IMG/VR virus record: IMGVR_UViG_2902759955_000002
Location: 96,001 to 160,000 of that record
Reading direction: 5' to 3' (one strand)
Length of the DNA: 64,000 nt
From: a virus
Lineage: Duplodnaviria; Caudoviricetes
Part shown: piece after piece, positions 20,653-30,614 of the stretch
Layout: every line of letters starts with the position of its first letter
Position numbering within the stretch: the stretch's first letter is position 1
Program-made: the position numbers and the translations under genes
Notes under the pieces: model-generated
What the model was told of the DNA's origin: nothing
Databases searched by the model: none
The model's input: the letters and a program-made list of their open reading frames with translations, nothing else

Positions 20653-21621
20653 TTACTTGGTAATGGTCGTGCTCACAATGCCTGCGTGTGTGAACTGCGA
20701 CCCGGTGCTCGCGGCCGTGGTTCCTTTGCCCGCAGGATTGGGGACCTGGTAATGCTGACCCGCGACTTCCATGGGAACGCTCGCCGGTGCACCCAGCTGC
20801 GCTTTTGCGTGCGCCTCCGCATGGGTCAGATAACCAAGCCCTTCAGGCATGTAGACCGAACGGGCACCCATCGCTTGCGTTTGCGCGGTCGCAAGGGGGT
20901 AGGGGTCGGTTACTCCCGCCGGGCGGGCACCCGATGCCACCACGCCGGTTGGCGCAACCGCGGAGTAGAGGTTACGCGTGAGGAACATGGTGTCGTAGAG
21001 CGAGCGCACCAAGGTTTCCTCTTCTTCATTGCGCGCGCCGGTCTGCGTGACAATCCACTGCAGTGCTTCGAAGGGGAATGGCGGGAACTCGATTTCACTG
21101 GAACGCAGGGGCGAGACGAACTGCTTTACTTCCAGATCGATCTTGACCCACGGGTGATAGCTGCCATCCGGCTTCAGGAAGAAGTCACATTCCCAGACCA
21201 GCCCCTTCCCCATGCCGGTCGGAACATCCTTGTCGGCGATCGGATAGCTGTAACGGTCCTTGATCATGCCGCGGTCCGACAGCACGCGAAACAGGTCGAA
21301 GTTCGCCTCGGTCGCAGCGATCGGACACTCGTCGTTCGCACCATCCGGGTGGCGGACCTTGGTGGTCATGACGTAATCGGGCTTACCCGCCTTCTTGCCT
21401 CGCAACTCCACCGTCTTACGGATACGGATACCGCCCTGACCACCATTCTGCTCGGACTTCGGGATTTTCAACTCCCACTGCTCCTGATGCTCCACTACGG
21501 CGTTATAGCCCGGCGGCACATCGACCGGCTCGGCGAGCCGTGCATAGAGGACGTATTCCTTCTCGTCGAACTTCTTGCCATGCGCCGCTTCTTCCAGCGC
21601 CAGTTTGAGCAGTGACTGCAT
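20653..21621 (-). CDS. CYTH/triphosphate-tunnel-like protein with N-terminal ALE site
   Basis: EKEY, IRIRK, MTTK, KDRY, WECDFF and IDLEV appear in the CYTH motif order. Confidence 0.6.
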   Translation of the reverse strand: MQSLLKLALEEAAHGKKFDEKEYVLYARLAEPVDVPPGYNAVVEHQEQWELKIPKSEQNGGQGGIRIRKTVELRGKKAGKPDYVMTTKVRHPDGANDECPIAATEANFDLFRVLSDRGMIKDRYSYPIADKDVPTGMGKGLVWECDFFLKPDGSYHPWVKIDLEVKQFVSPLRSSEIEFPPFPFEALQWIVTQTGARNEEEETLVRSLYDTMFLTRNLYSAVAPTGVVASGARPAGVTDPYPLATAQTQAMGARSVYMPEGLGYLTHAEAHAKAQLGAPASVPMEVAGQHYQVPNPAGKGTTAASTGSQFTHAGIVSTTITK

Positions 21622-21633
21622 TGCCGCTTCCTT

Positions 21634-22131
21634 TTATCCCGTTTTCAGATCGAGCCAGAGTTCGACGATCTGTTTAGCTGTGTCGAGCATGCCGCTCAGT
21701 GCTTGTCCCGAAGAGAGCACCCCCATGTGAACCGCCGTGGCCAAGACCAGGCCGATCATCACGGCAAAGAGGAAGAAGACGAACGCACCACCTAACCAGT
21801 AGATCTGGCGTTGCAGCGACTTCGTCTTTTCCTTGAGGACCTTCGGGTCGTACTCGTTCGGGGTGGTCAGATCCTTGGTCGCCTTGCTGTACCGCGCAAG
21901 GATGGCGACCTGTTGTTCAGGGTCGAGTGACTTGATGGCGTCCTTCAGGTCACGACCAGTGGAACGCGCATCGAGGTTACGCAGATCCAGGCGCGGGACC
22001 GACAGCGCACGGTACGCCAGCACCACCTCGGTAAGCGGGGAAGGGCCGGCGATCTGCCGATCGAGGAGCGACTCGTCGTCGATCCCGCAGAGAATACTGT
22101 CGACCAGGTTGCTGGTTTCTTCGTCCATCAT
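21634..22131 (-). CDS. membrane protein in lysis cassette (holin-like?)
   Basis: long C-terminal hydrophobic segment; ATGA overlap with the o-spanin. Confidence 0.55.
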   Translation of the reverse strand: MMDEETSNLVDSILCGIDDESLLDRQIAGPSPLTEVVLAYRALSVPRLDLRNLDARSTGRDLKDAIKSLDPEQQVAILARYSKATKDLTTPNEYDPKVLKEKTKSLQRQIYWLGGAFVFFLFAVMIGLVLATAVHMGVLSSGQALSGMLDTAKQIVELWLDLKTG

Positions 22132-22514
22132 GAGCTTGTCTTCGTCCCCGGGGCGCTGGCTGCAGCGGGTGCGACAGCGGTGGCCGGTTGGTTTGCGGCG
22201 TTCGCTTTATCGACAATGGCTTTCTGTTGCGTCCACCAGCTACGCAGTTGCGCCTTGTCGATGTTGCAATTGCCGACGTTGACCGTCTGGGCCGAGTACG
22301 AGTGGTTCCAGGCGTCTTCCTTGCCTTCGGCCGTCATCGTGGTGTACGCCGTCTTGTCGGGTGGGGGTGCGACCGGACACGGGGTCGTCAGGGTCGACGG
22401 CAAATCCGGCATCCAGTTGTTGTATTTGGTCTGCAGCGTGGGCAGGCTCGCCGGACATGCCGTGAGCGAGAGTAAGGCGGCGATGCAAAGCGCTAAGCGC
22501 AAGATGTGCTTCAT
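22128..22514 (-). CDS. o-spanin (Rz1-like lipoprotein)
   Basis: lipobox LTAC, LTTPCPVAPPP, CNIDKAQLRSW. Confidence 0.75.
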   Translation of the reverse strand: MKHILRLALCIAALLSLTACPASLPTLQTKYNNWMPDLPSTLTTPCPVAPPPDKTAYTTMTAEGKEDAWNHSYSAQTVNVGNCNIDKAQLRSWWTQQKAIVDKANAANQPATAVAPAAASAPGTKTSS

Positions 22515-22553
22515 GGTGTTCCTCGTAAGGTTTTGTGTGGGTCCGGAAATGGG

Positions 22554-23093
22554 CTAGGGTGCCGCGCTCGTAGTGGACGTTGGTGGGCTGGTACTCATCG
22601 CAGGGGTGCTGGCAGGCGTCGTGCTCGCCGCGGTGCAGCCCGCTGTGCCCGCTGGCGTGTTGTTGCAATAGGTTTGCCATGCGGCGTCGATTTGTATCGT
22701 GCTAATCGCAGTTTCTTCAGCCTGCTGATCCTGCGTAGAGAGGACCTGTGTGGTTCCCTGCGGCTGGTAGTGTTTCTTCACCGCGATGATCTGTGTCTGG
22801 GTGCTCGCGTTCACCGCGACTTGCGTCGTATTCGCTGTCGCTTTCTGTGTGGTGTCGGCTGCAGCCACCTGGTCATTCACCTTGCCCGACTGCTGTAGCG
22901 TCTTGATCTGTGCAGTCAGGTTTTTGTTCGAGTTCGTGAGGTCGGTGATCTGCTGTGTGGCCTTCCCGGCCTGAGAGATCAGAGACTTGACTTGATGGGC
23001 TTCGTAAAGGCCGTACCCACCCAGGCCAAGAATGGCCGCGACGACAAGCGTCCCGATGATGAGGGTGGCATATTCCTTGATCGTGTCTAACAT
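22554..23093 (-). CDS. i-spanin (Rz-like)
   Basis: N-terminal TM, coiled coil, C-terminal Cys; upstream of the o-spanin. Confidence 0.7.
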   Translation of the reverse strand: MLDTIKEYATLIIGTLVVAAILGLGGYGLYEAHQVKSLISQAGKATQQITDLTNSNKNLTAQIKTLQQSGKVNDQVAAADTTQKATANTTQVAVNASTQTQIIAVKKHYQPQGTTQVLSTQDQQAEETAISTIQIDAAWQTYCNNTPAGTAGCTAASTTPASTPAMSTSPPTSTTSAAP

Positions 23094-23665
23094 GCTTGTT
23101 CCTTGAATTGTTTCCAGACGGTGAGCGCGACGGCCAAAGCGTCGATCGAGTGCTCGTCCAGGTTGTCGAGGGGGATATCCCCGCTGTAACGCAAATCCGG
23201 CAAGAGCATCAGCTTTGCCTTGACGCCGTCCTTATCAGCATTGCCTGCTGCACCGACGGCGTTCTTCACCGTGGGTGGATCGAATACGTACAGCTTCTTC
23301 CACGCGTCATAACGCATCACTGCATTGCGGATACCGCACATCACCTCTGTGAGTGCAAGTCCGGCCTGCGGGAAACGTTTATTGATGAAGGGGGCTTCTG
23401 ACCCGATGAGGAAGGGCTGTGTGAAGAGGAACGTGCCGAGCAGTTCTTCCTCGAGTGCGGCAATGCGATTGAGTCGATCACCAAACATCGTGCTGGTCCA
23501 GGACTCCCGGTAGTACCGGTCACCCTGCAAGGTGCGAGCATCGCTAGAGACGATCTGAAAATTCGAGAGATCGACCCAGATCGTGCCCACACCCAAGGTG
23601 TTACTACCTGGATCGATGCCGATGATCGCTGCGATGGACGACGCCCCGTGGGGCATCGCTATCAT
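23087..23665 (-). CDS. ruvC: RuvC-type Holliday junction resolvase
   Basis: IIGIDPG, SEAPF, VKNAVG...ADK, DEHSIDALAVA. Confidence 0.88.
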   Translation of the reverse strand: MIAMPHGASSIAAIIGIDPGSNTLGVGTIWVDLSNFQIVSSDARTLQGDRYYRESWTSTMFGDRLNRIAALEEELLGTFLFTQPFLIGSEAPFINKRFPQAGLALTEVMCGIRNAVMRYDAWKKLYVFDPPTVKNAVGAAGNADKDGVKAKLMLLPDLRYSGDIPLDNLDEHSIDALAVALTVWKQFKEQAC

Positions 23666-23667
23666 GG

Positions 23668-24516
23668 TCAGCTCGTCGAAGTCAGGTTGTACAGCGGTTC
23701 GGTCGAGCCGGTATTCAGGTCGATCGTCACGCCGTTGTTCAGATATTTCATCGGATAGAACGCATCGATGAAGGAGCAGATCTGCGCACAGATCACTTCG
23801 GTCATGTTGTACGAGCCCGACGAGCCAGTGACGGTCGTGACCTGATCGACACCCGAGACCAGACCGATCTCGGAGATGATGGCAAGTCGTGCGTCGCCAT
23901 AGATGATCGTCGCGCAGTTGACCAGCTCCGTCGCATCCTGCGCACTGAACGTCAGCCCCACGACCGACGCGGTCGAGATGTAGTCGCCCGAAACGACGTT
24001 GACGGAGTCACTCGAGACAGCCGGTGGCGTCGGATTCAGGTTCGAGGTGGTCGCCGCGTACGGCGTCGTGGTGGTCACGCCCGCCGACACGGTATTCATC
24101 GTGATTTCGGCTTCGACGTCGGTGAAGTCCATACGCCGCAGGTAATAGCAGGCGTACTGGATGCCGCCGTACGTCTCCACCTGACGCAAAGCATATTGAG
24201 CCTGTTGCGTCGTGGTCAGATCGCTTGTGACCGGACGCATGATGAAGGGCAAATGCTTGAAGAGCGTCGAATCCGTTGCTTCGTGCTGCAGCTCATCCGG
24301 CGCCGGAATGTTGTCCGCGCCGACTGCCAGACCATGCGCGCCATTGCCGATGCAGTAGTAGCGCTGTGCCGGATAGATACCGGCCGCTGGCGCGACCCCC
24401 GAAAGCACATCGAACTTCTCGTTGAGCGTCGTGTCCGTCATCATCGTGAACGGCAGCTGCTGCAACAAGCAGGTCTGCAGATACGCGCCCCAGGCGGTCC
24501 GAGTAGTGGTTTCCAT
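23668..24516 (-). CDS. virion structural protein (baseplate-type, phiKZ-like core)
   Basis: TLNEKF, YYCIGNGAH, LPFIMR, AIISEIGLVSG segments. Confidence 0.7.
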   Translation of the reverse strand: METTTRTAWGAYLQTCLLQQLPFTMMTDTTLNEKFDVLSGVAPAAGIYPAQRYYCIGNGAHGLAVGADNIPAPDELQHEATDSTLFKHLPFIMRPVTSDLTTTQQAQYALRQVETYGGIQYACYYLRRMDFTDVEAEITMNTVSAGVTTTTPYAATTSNLNPTPPAVSSDSVNVVSGDYISTASVVGLTFSAQDATELVNCATIIYGDARLAIISEIGLVSGVDQVTTVTGSSGSYNMTEVICAQICSFIDAFYPMKYLNNGVTIDLNTGSTEPLYNLTSTS

Positions 24517-24606
24517 CTTGTATTCCAGTACGAGAGAAGTGTTGAGACGCGCGTCACCCTCATGGATGGGCATCCCATGACACAGGATTTAGAAGCGAAG
24601 GTTTTC

Positions 24607-26925
24607 TTACTGCGATGTGGGCGGCGTATAGACCAGACCACTCAGCGTGGAGACCGGAAACACGTCGGTGATCTGCGCAATGGGCGTGTTGGCGGTGTTG
24701 TAGTTGGGGGAATAGACATCCACCAACGATTCAATCTGCTGCTCGGGCGTGAGCGCGAGCCACAGGTCCAGCCCCAGAACCGGGCGCAGCCCCCGGCTAT
24801 TCGTCGGCAGGGGCGTGGCGGGACGCACTCCGATGCTCGCGATCGGCGCAATGCTGGTGACAAACGTGGGATGTTTGACGGGCCAGACTGTGTTCGCCAC
24901 CGGGTGGTGAATCGTCGTGACGGCGGACGCACCAAGCATCTCGTTTGTCGCGGAGTTGATGTCGTAGCTAAGCTCGACTGAGCCGGTCACCGTCTCACCA
25001 ATCACATCCGCGGTCGTGTTGCCGTCGTAAATGACCGCCCCGGCTTCCGTATCCACATCCCCCACGCGCACCATCGGCCAGTCGATGTCTTCGATGGTCG
25101 AGGTATTGATCGAACTCAGGTATTGCACGGAGTAGCTGGAGAGCTTCTCCATGATCCCGAGCATCGCCGCCTGGATGTTGGCAAGGGTCGTCGCGGAGTC
25201 GAGCGTCAGACCCGTTGCCGCTTCGATGAAGCTCTTGTAGAGCGACTCGTAATCGGCCGCCCCGAATGTCGACACGTCGATGTTGCGTGAATCGAACCAC
25301 TCAGCGTACGTCTGGCCCGCACTGTCGCCCATCTGAATCCCGCAATCAGCGTAGATGCGCTCCACCATCCCGTAGACCATCCCACGGCGAACGTAGTGCT
25401 CCTGGAGGGCAACATAGCCGCGCTGATTGTTGGCCGCTGTCCAGATCTGGCTTGCTGCCGCATAGAACGACGTCACCGAAATCATCGGCACGATCGCGGG
25501 CGTCCAGCTCAAGACGTCCTCAGCCATATCTTGTGTCACGAGACTCGTGTCGACCACGGACATCAGGTCGGACACACTGGGGGTCGGTATGCGCTGCACG
25601 CGCTTGGCGGTTACCAATGGCACCGGCTCGTCGGTCAGGTCGATCCCAAACGACTGGCAGTAGCAGTACCACATGAAGACGTAGCCGTCCTTCGCATTCA
25701 TCGGGACGATGGCATCGCCCGTCACCGGGTTGTCCACGACGATATAGGCCGTGTAGAGGCCCTGGCTGCTGAACCAGAGCCAGTGATGCAGAAGGATGTC
25801 CTCGAGCTTGTAAGGCGTCGAGTCCGACTCATCGATCATCTGCGAGCTGAGCACCTTCGTCTGGAGCGAGTTCGATTTGCTGTTCTGCATCGCGAACTGG
25901 ATATCTGACTCGACGAGGGTTTGAATGGTTGCGTTGTCGGTGGCTTCACCTGCCTCGTTGGTGAGCATCGTGTCGAGCGTCCACGTCGTATCCGGCACGA
26001 GGTTGTAGCCGAGATTGAGCGGGGTTGCCTCGAAGGTGATGGTCGGCACCAGTGAGGTCGTCGGCATTAACGACAGATCGTGCTTCATCAGGTACGCCGC
26101 AAGGGGCACATTGCGTGGCGTCAGGATCTGGGCGATCAGCGTCTGGAACGTCTCCTGACGCCCGCAGTTGCGCTCCAGGTAGTTGATGTTCCGGTAAAGC
26201 CACATCGACTGCGAAAGCGTGAGCTGCGGGATGTATTCATCCAGCCCTAGGTGCGAGGCGAGGTATTGCTGCACGTGATAGCTGTGTGCTTCAGCCGTCC
26301 CGCAGGCTTCAAGTCGGAACGTCATGATGGCCATGAACAGGCCGAGATACATGTTGGCCAACTGGATCGTCGGGTAAAGCGCGTCACTGATCGCGTACTG
26401 CGGATTGATCCAGCGCTGCTTGAACCCTGTCACCCAGTTTTGCAGCTTCGCAATGAGGCTGTATTCATTCTCGTCCACATAGGTGGATGGATAGCCGAGG
26501 ATCGTGCCGTCATCGGCGTCGATCGCCGTCGTGATGTCCACGGGATAGATGATCCCGAGAATCAGCGATACCTGCGCCGGATACATCGCCACTAGCGCGA
26601 GGTATTCACGCGTGCCGTACACATAAGCCGCAGCCGTTGCTGTGTGAATCGTCAGGTTCGCCACCGTGAAGTCAATGACCTCCATGGTGTCGAGTGACGT
26701 GACCGTCATCATCGTGTCGGTGAAATGGTACTGCCCCGAGATGTTCATGTAGTACTTCCATGTCGTCGGGTCGGTTTCGTCCACGTAGGACGCTCCGTAG
26801 TAGTCCGTCACGTATTGATTGAGGCCATCCACACTCTCCTGCGACTTGATGGCCATTGTTGCAGCCAGGCTCTGGCAGTCACTGACATAGAGCGAATAAA
26901 CGTTACTGGAATTGGTGGATGCCAC
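24607..26925 (-). CDS. virion structural protein (phiKZ gp128-like, baseplate wedge-type)
   Basis: WKYYMNISGQYH..D..M.VTSLDT, HSYHVQQYLASH, WLYRNI; divergent from the portal gene as in phiKZ. Confidence 0.7.
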   Translation of the reverse strand: MASTNSSNVYSLYVSDCQSLAATMAIKSQESVDGLNQYVTDYYGASYVDETDPTTWKYYMNISGQYHFTDTMMTVTSLDTMEVIDFTVANLTIHTATAAAYVYGTREYLALVAMYPAQVSLILGIIYPVDITTAIDADDGTILGYPSTYVDENEYSLIAKLQNWVTGFKQRWINPQYAISDALYPTIQLANMYLGLFMAIMTFRLEACGTAEAHSYHVQQYLASHLGLDEYIPQLTLSQSMWLYRNINYLERNCGRQETFQTLIAQILTPRNVPLAAYLMKHDLSLMPTTSLVPTITFEATPLNLGYNLVPDTTWTLDTMLTNEAGEATDNATIQTLVESDIQFAMQNSKSNSLQTKVLSSQMIDESDSTPYKLEDILLHHWLWFSSQGLYTAYIVVDNPVTGDAIVPMNAKDGYVFMWYCYCQSFGIDLTDEPVPLVTAKRVQRIPTPSVSDLMSVVDTSLVTQDMAEDVLSWTPAIVPMISVTSFYAAASQIWTAANNQRGYVALQEHYVRRGMVYGMVERIYADCGIQMGDSAGQTYAEWFDSRNIDVSTFGAADYESLYKSFIEAATGLTLDSATTLANIQAAMLGIMEKLSSYSVQYLSSINTSTIEDIDWPMVRVGDVDTEAGAVIYDGNTTADVIGETVTGSVELSYDINSATNEMLGASAVTTIHHPVANTVWPVKHPTFVTSIAPIASIGVRPATPLPTNSRGLRPVLGLDLWLALTPEQQIESLVDVYSPNYNTANTPIAQITDVFPVSTLSGLVYTPPTSQ

Positions 26926-26959
26926 GAGGTTGTCCCCAGGAATACAAAAGAGGTTTGCA

Positions 26960-29900
26960 ATGACGTCAAATGCTTATAAAAGCGCCATTGAATTGGCGGG
27001 AAGCGGTAAGAAGTTTCCCGTCATGCAGATGGTTCGGCAGGACCCGGGGATGGCAGCAACTATTGCCAAGCTAGTGCCGTCGCAGCACCCCACGCAGTAC
27101 GACAACGCGGGTAACCGTGAGGTCACGCAGCCCAATCTGTACAACTTCCGCAATACCGCTGAGCAGACCGCGCAGAACGTCAACGACGCTGAAACGGTCA
27201 TGCAGTTGCTGCCGGACATGGAGCTGGCCCAACAGATTCTGGTGTCGAGCGTGGGCTCTCCCAAGGACATGATGTCGTTGGAGTTGACCTACACACCGCC
27301 AGAGGGGCTGATGGCCTCCGATGTCAGCTCGGCTTTAATCGAGCGATATCGGCAGCACTTTGAACAAGTCCATAAAATAAAGCCGCTCATCCCCAAGATG
27401 CTGCGCGATATGCTGTTCGCAACCGGCTCGTATGCGATCGCCGTCATCCCGGAAAACTCGGTCGACGAAGTGATCAACGGGCAGGTGCGGCTGTCGATGG
27501 AGTCCCTCGCGGATCATCTGTATCCGGACGGTACGGTGAAAACCGTGGGGCTGCTGGGACCGGTACAAACCGAACAGCCCACTGAGACACGGCGCGCCGT
27601 GGGTGTCTCGATGGAGTCCTTCACGGACTACCGTTACGACACCAACAAGGACGTTGGTCAGGTGCGTTTTGAGAGTTCGCTGAAGTCGCCGCTGCACACA
27701 AGTGACGTGTTCCTGACCGTCACGGACAATCCGACGGTGCTCAAGGTCCCGCAGATCAATGCGAAGATCCGCGAGCAACGCATCATGCAAGCGATTGGTT
27801 CGAGTGCGCTGGAGTCGATCGGTTTTGGCCAGCAGTCGCTGACCAAGATGAACGACCGGGAACTCACAGGTCTGCTCTATCGCAACAAGACCTATGGTTA
27901 CCAGCCAGTGGCCACCGTCAAGACGCAGGAGCAGCTGTCGCGCCGGATGATCGGCAACCCGATGGTGCTGCACATCCCGTCAGAAGCAGTTATCCCCGTG
28001 CATGTGCCGGGTAGCCCGAAGCATCAGATTGGCTTCTTCGTCTTGCTGGACGTGGATGGTCATCCGGTCGTGCGTCAGGAAATCACGGACAACTACCAGC
28101 AGATGGGGCAGCGCATGTCGACGAGCGGGAATTTCCCCTCGGCCATGCTCACGAAGGTCAAGAGCCAGATGCAGGGCTTTGACATCGGCAACAAGGACCA
28201 CCTGGACTTCAGCTCGCGCGTCTACGGCGAGATGGTGGAGCAGGATCTGTTGGCGCGGCTGCGTAACGGGGTGTACGGACAGGGTGTGGAGTTGGCAAAA
28301 CGCGAAGAGATCTACCGGATCATGTTCTCGCGGGCCTTGGCCAAGCAGCACACTCAGATGCTCTTCATTCCGGTCGAATTCATGACCTACTTTGCGTTGC
28401 GCTTTAGCAAGGACGGGATCGGCGAATCACTGCTCGATGAAATGAAGGTGCTGAACAGCCTGCGCACCATGCTGCTGTTTGCGAACGTGATGGCGGGGAT
28501 CAAGAACTCGATCGGGCGCACGGAAGTGAAGCTCAAGTTCGACGAGGACGATCCCAACCCGGAGAAGACGGCCGAGATTGCGCAGGCTGAAATCATCCGC
28601 AGTCGCCAGAACTTCCTGCCGCTGGGGGTGAATTCACCAGCCGAGTCCGTGGACTTCATCACGCGTGCCGGGTTTGAGTTCACGTACGAAGGGCACCCAG
28701 GCATGCCTGATGTGTCGATTGACTTCGGCGAGAAGAACACGAACTACACACGACCGGATACCGATCTGGAAGATAACCTGCGCAAGCGGGCGATCATGAA
28801 GACGGGTATCCCCCCTGAGACGGTGGATGCGGCCTACCAGCCGGAGTTGGCGACGTCGGTGGTCACCAACAACATCCTCCTGTCCAAGCGCGTCATGCAG
28901 ATCCAGGATGAGTTCCACCCGCAGCTGGCCACCCATATGCGGATCCACGCCATGAACTCCGAGCAGCTCATGACGGATATGAAGGAGATCTTGCGGCAGA
29001 ACTTTGCCAAGATCCGCTTCTCGCGTGAGGACCATGCGACCGCGCGCAATGGTGCGGTCCCCAGTGCAGACACGAAAGTGCATGCGCCGGTGATCGAGGA
29101 AAAGCGCAAGACACCACAGATCAACGATGACCAGAAGGAGTTTCTGATCCAGCAAACGCTGATCGAATTCCTGATGAACATCGAGGTGTCGCTGCCGCGG
29201 CCGAACAGCTCGACGCTGGAAAACCAGGTCACAGCCTTGGAGACGTATATCAAGGCGCTCGACATGGGGTTGGAGGCATGGTTGTCCGAGACCTTCTTCA
29301 CGACGGATACCGCCGGAGATATCGCCGAAAAGATCCAGCCGTTGAAGGAAACGGCCAAGTCATACTTCATCCGGCAGTGGATGTCGGAAAACGGCATGTT
29401 GAGCGAGCTTGCGCAGCTCACGACCACCGGCGAAGATGGCAAGCCGCTGATGGACGTGTTCAAGATCCAGGGCGAGCACATCGAACAGTTGAGCAAGACG
29501 TTCGGTGCGTTCTTCAAGGACATCATGCCACGCATCAATTCGACGAACGCTGAGTTCAAGAAGGTCGAGGACAAGAACACCACGCAGGGCGGTGGCGCTT
29601 CCTCGGGCGGTGGCGACGGAAACAGCGGCGGCGGTGGCGACGACATGTTCGGCGGTGGCGACCAAGGTGGTGAAGGCGGCGGTGGTGATGGCGGCCTCGG
29701 CGACATGCCAGACTTTGGTGGCACGGATGACACGTCCACAGGCGGTACGGGCGAAGAACCGGCGGCAGGCGGCGAAGGAGGCGGGAATGAAGGTGCCAAT
29801 TCGGGTTCGGAAGGGAACGACAACTCGACGAGTGAAAACACCAGCAAGCCCGACAACAACGCCGAAGGCAGCAACGACAGCAATGATGGTGGTGGCGAAG

Positions 29901-30034
29901 GGAACAACGACGCCAACAACGAAGAGCAGTCGCTGAACGCAGGGACGGATGACGAAGACGAGAAGGATAAGGACAAGGACGAGAAGGACAAGGACGACAA
30001 GTCCAAGTCCGACAAGGCCTCGCCGAGTCTCTAA
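26960..30034 (+). CDS. portal protein (phiKZ gp129-like)
   Basis: GAGG RBS; LLPDMELAQQILVSS..SPKD, PSEAVIPVH.PG, IGFFVLLD; long acidic/Gly tail. Confidence 0.75.
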   Translation: MTSNAYKSAIELAGSGKKFPVMQMVRQDPGMAATIAKLVPSQHPTQYDNAGNREVTQPNLYNFRNTAEQTAQNVNDAETVMQLLPDMELAQQILVSSVGSPKDMMSLELTYTPPEGLMASDVSSALIERYRQHFEQVHKIKPLIPKMLRDMLFATGSYAIAVIPENSVDEVINGQVRLSMESLADHLYPDGTVKTVGLLGPVQTEQPTETRRAVGVSMESFTDYRYDTNKDVGQVRFESSLKSPLHTSDVFLTVTDNPTVLKVPQINAKIREQRIMQAIGSSALESIGFGQQSLTKMNDRELTGLLYRNKTYGYQPVATVKTQEQLSRRMIGNPMVLHIPSEAVIPVHVPGSPKHQIGFFVLLDVDGHPVVRQEITDNYQQMGQRMSTSGNFPSAMLTKVKSQMQGFDIGNKDHLDFSSRVYGEMVEQDLLARLRNGVYGQGVELAKREEIYRIMFSRALAKQHTQMLFIPVEFMTYFALRFSKDGIGESLLDEMKVLNSLRTMLLFANVMAGIKNSIGRTEVKLKFDEDDPNPEKTAEIAQAEIIRSRQNFLPLGVNSPAESVDFITRAGFEFTYEGHPGMPDVSIDFGEKNTNYTRPDTDLEDNLRKRAIMKTGIPPETVDAAYQPELATSVVTNNILLSKRVMQIQDEFHPQLATHMRIHAMNSEQLMTDMKEILRQNFAKIRFSREDHATARNGAVPSADTKVHAPVIEEKRKTPQINDDQKEFLIQQTLIEFLMNIEVSLPRPNSSTLENQVTALETYIKALDMGLEAWLSETFFTTDTAGDIAEKIQPLKETAKSYFIRQWMSENGMLSELAQLTTTGEDGKPLMDVFKIQGEHIEQLSKTFGAFFKDIMPRINSTNAEFKKVEDKNTTQGGGASSGGGDGNSGGGGDDMFGGGDQGGEGGGGDGGLGDMPDFGGTDDTSTGGTGEEPAAGGEGGGNEGANSGSEGNDNSTSENTSKPDNNAEGSNDSNDGGGEGNNDANNEEQSLNAGTDDEDEKDKDKDEKDKDDKSKSDKASPSL

Positions 30035-30058
30035 GCGTCTCTGAAACCAAAAAAAAGT

Positions 30059-30103
30059 GACGGCATACGGCCCACACCCGAAAGGGTGTGGGCTTTATGA
30101 CGA
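30059..30103. terminator. bidirectional hairpin with CATA/TATG flanks
   Basis: GACGGCATACG-GCCCACACCC-GAAA-GGGTGTGGGC-TTTATGACG. Confidence 0.8.
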
Positions 30104-30112
30104 TTGCTTGGC

Positions 30113-30517
30113 TTACGCGGCGACGTCTTCGAACTCCACGTCGGTCACATCGTCGGGCAGCGGGGCATTGGCTTCGATGATCTCTTCCACCACGGCCGGG
30201 TCGGTGCCATAGACAACGCTGGCGATGCCCAGCGTGTCCGGATGGTCCACCGCGAAGGCCACGACCTCTTCGGGCGTGGCGATCTGCTTCACAGCGATCG
30301 GTGTGTCGAAGAGCGCCGGGCGTTCGGTGCGAACGAGATCCAGCAGACTCGGGATCTGGCTCACGTTGGCTTCGGTGTCACCTTGGGGCGACTCCACCGT
30401 GATGTCGGTAAAGCCAGCTTCCGTCAGGGCGTTCTGCACGACGCCGTAGACGAGGGCGCTGGTCTCGACGTCGCCGCCTTGGACCAGTACTTCGAGCGGT
30501 GCGTGTTGATTCGACAT
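30113..30517 (-). CDS. acidic hypothetical protein
   Basis: AAGGA RBS, 134 aa. Confidence 0.7.
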   Translation of the reverse strand: MSNQHAPLEVLVQGGDVETSALVYGVVQNALTEAGFTDITVESPQGDTEANVSQIPSLLDLVRTERPALFDTPIAVKQIATPEEVVAFAVDHPDTLGIASVVYGTDPAVVEEIIEANAPLPDDVTDVEFEDVAA

Positions 30518-30614
30518 GTTGCGTTTCCTTGTGGTGATGACAGCTAGGTTGATAAGAAAGACAGGGGCGTCCTTCTGTTGATAAAGGCGTGCAGTAGGAA
30601 TTACCTACCGTCCA

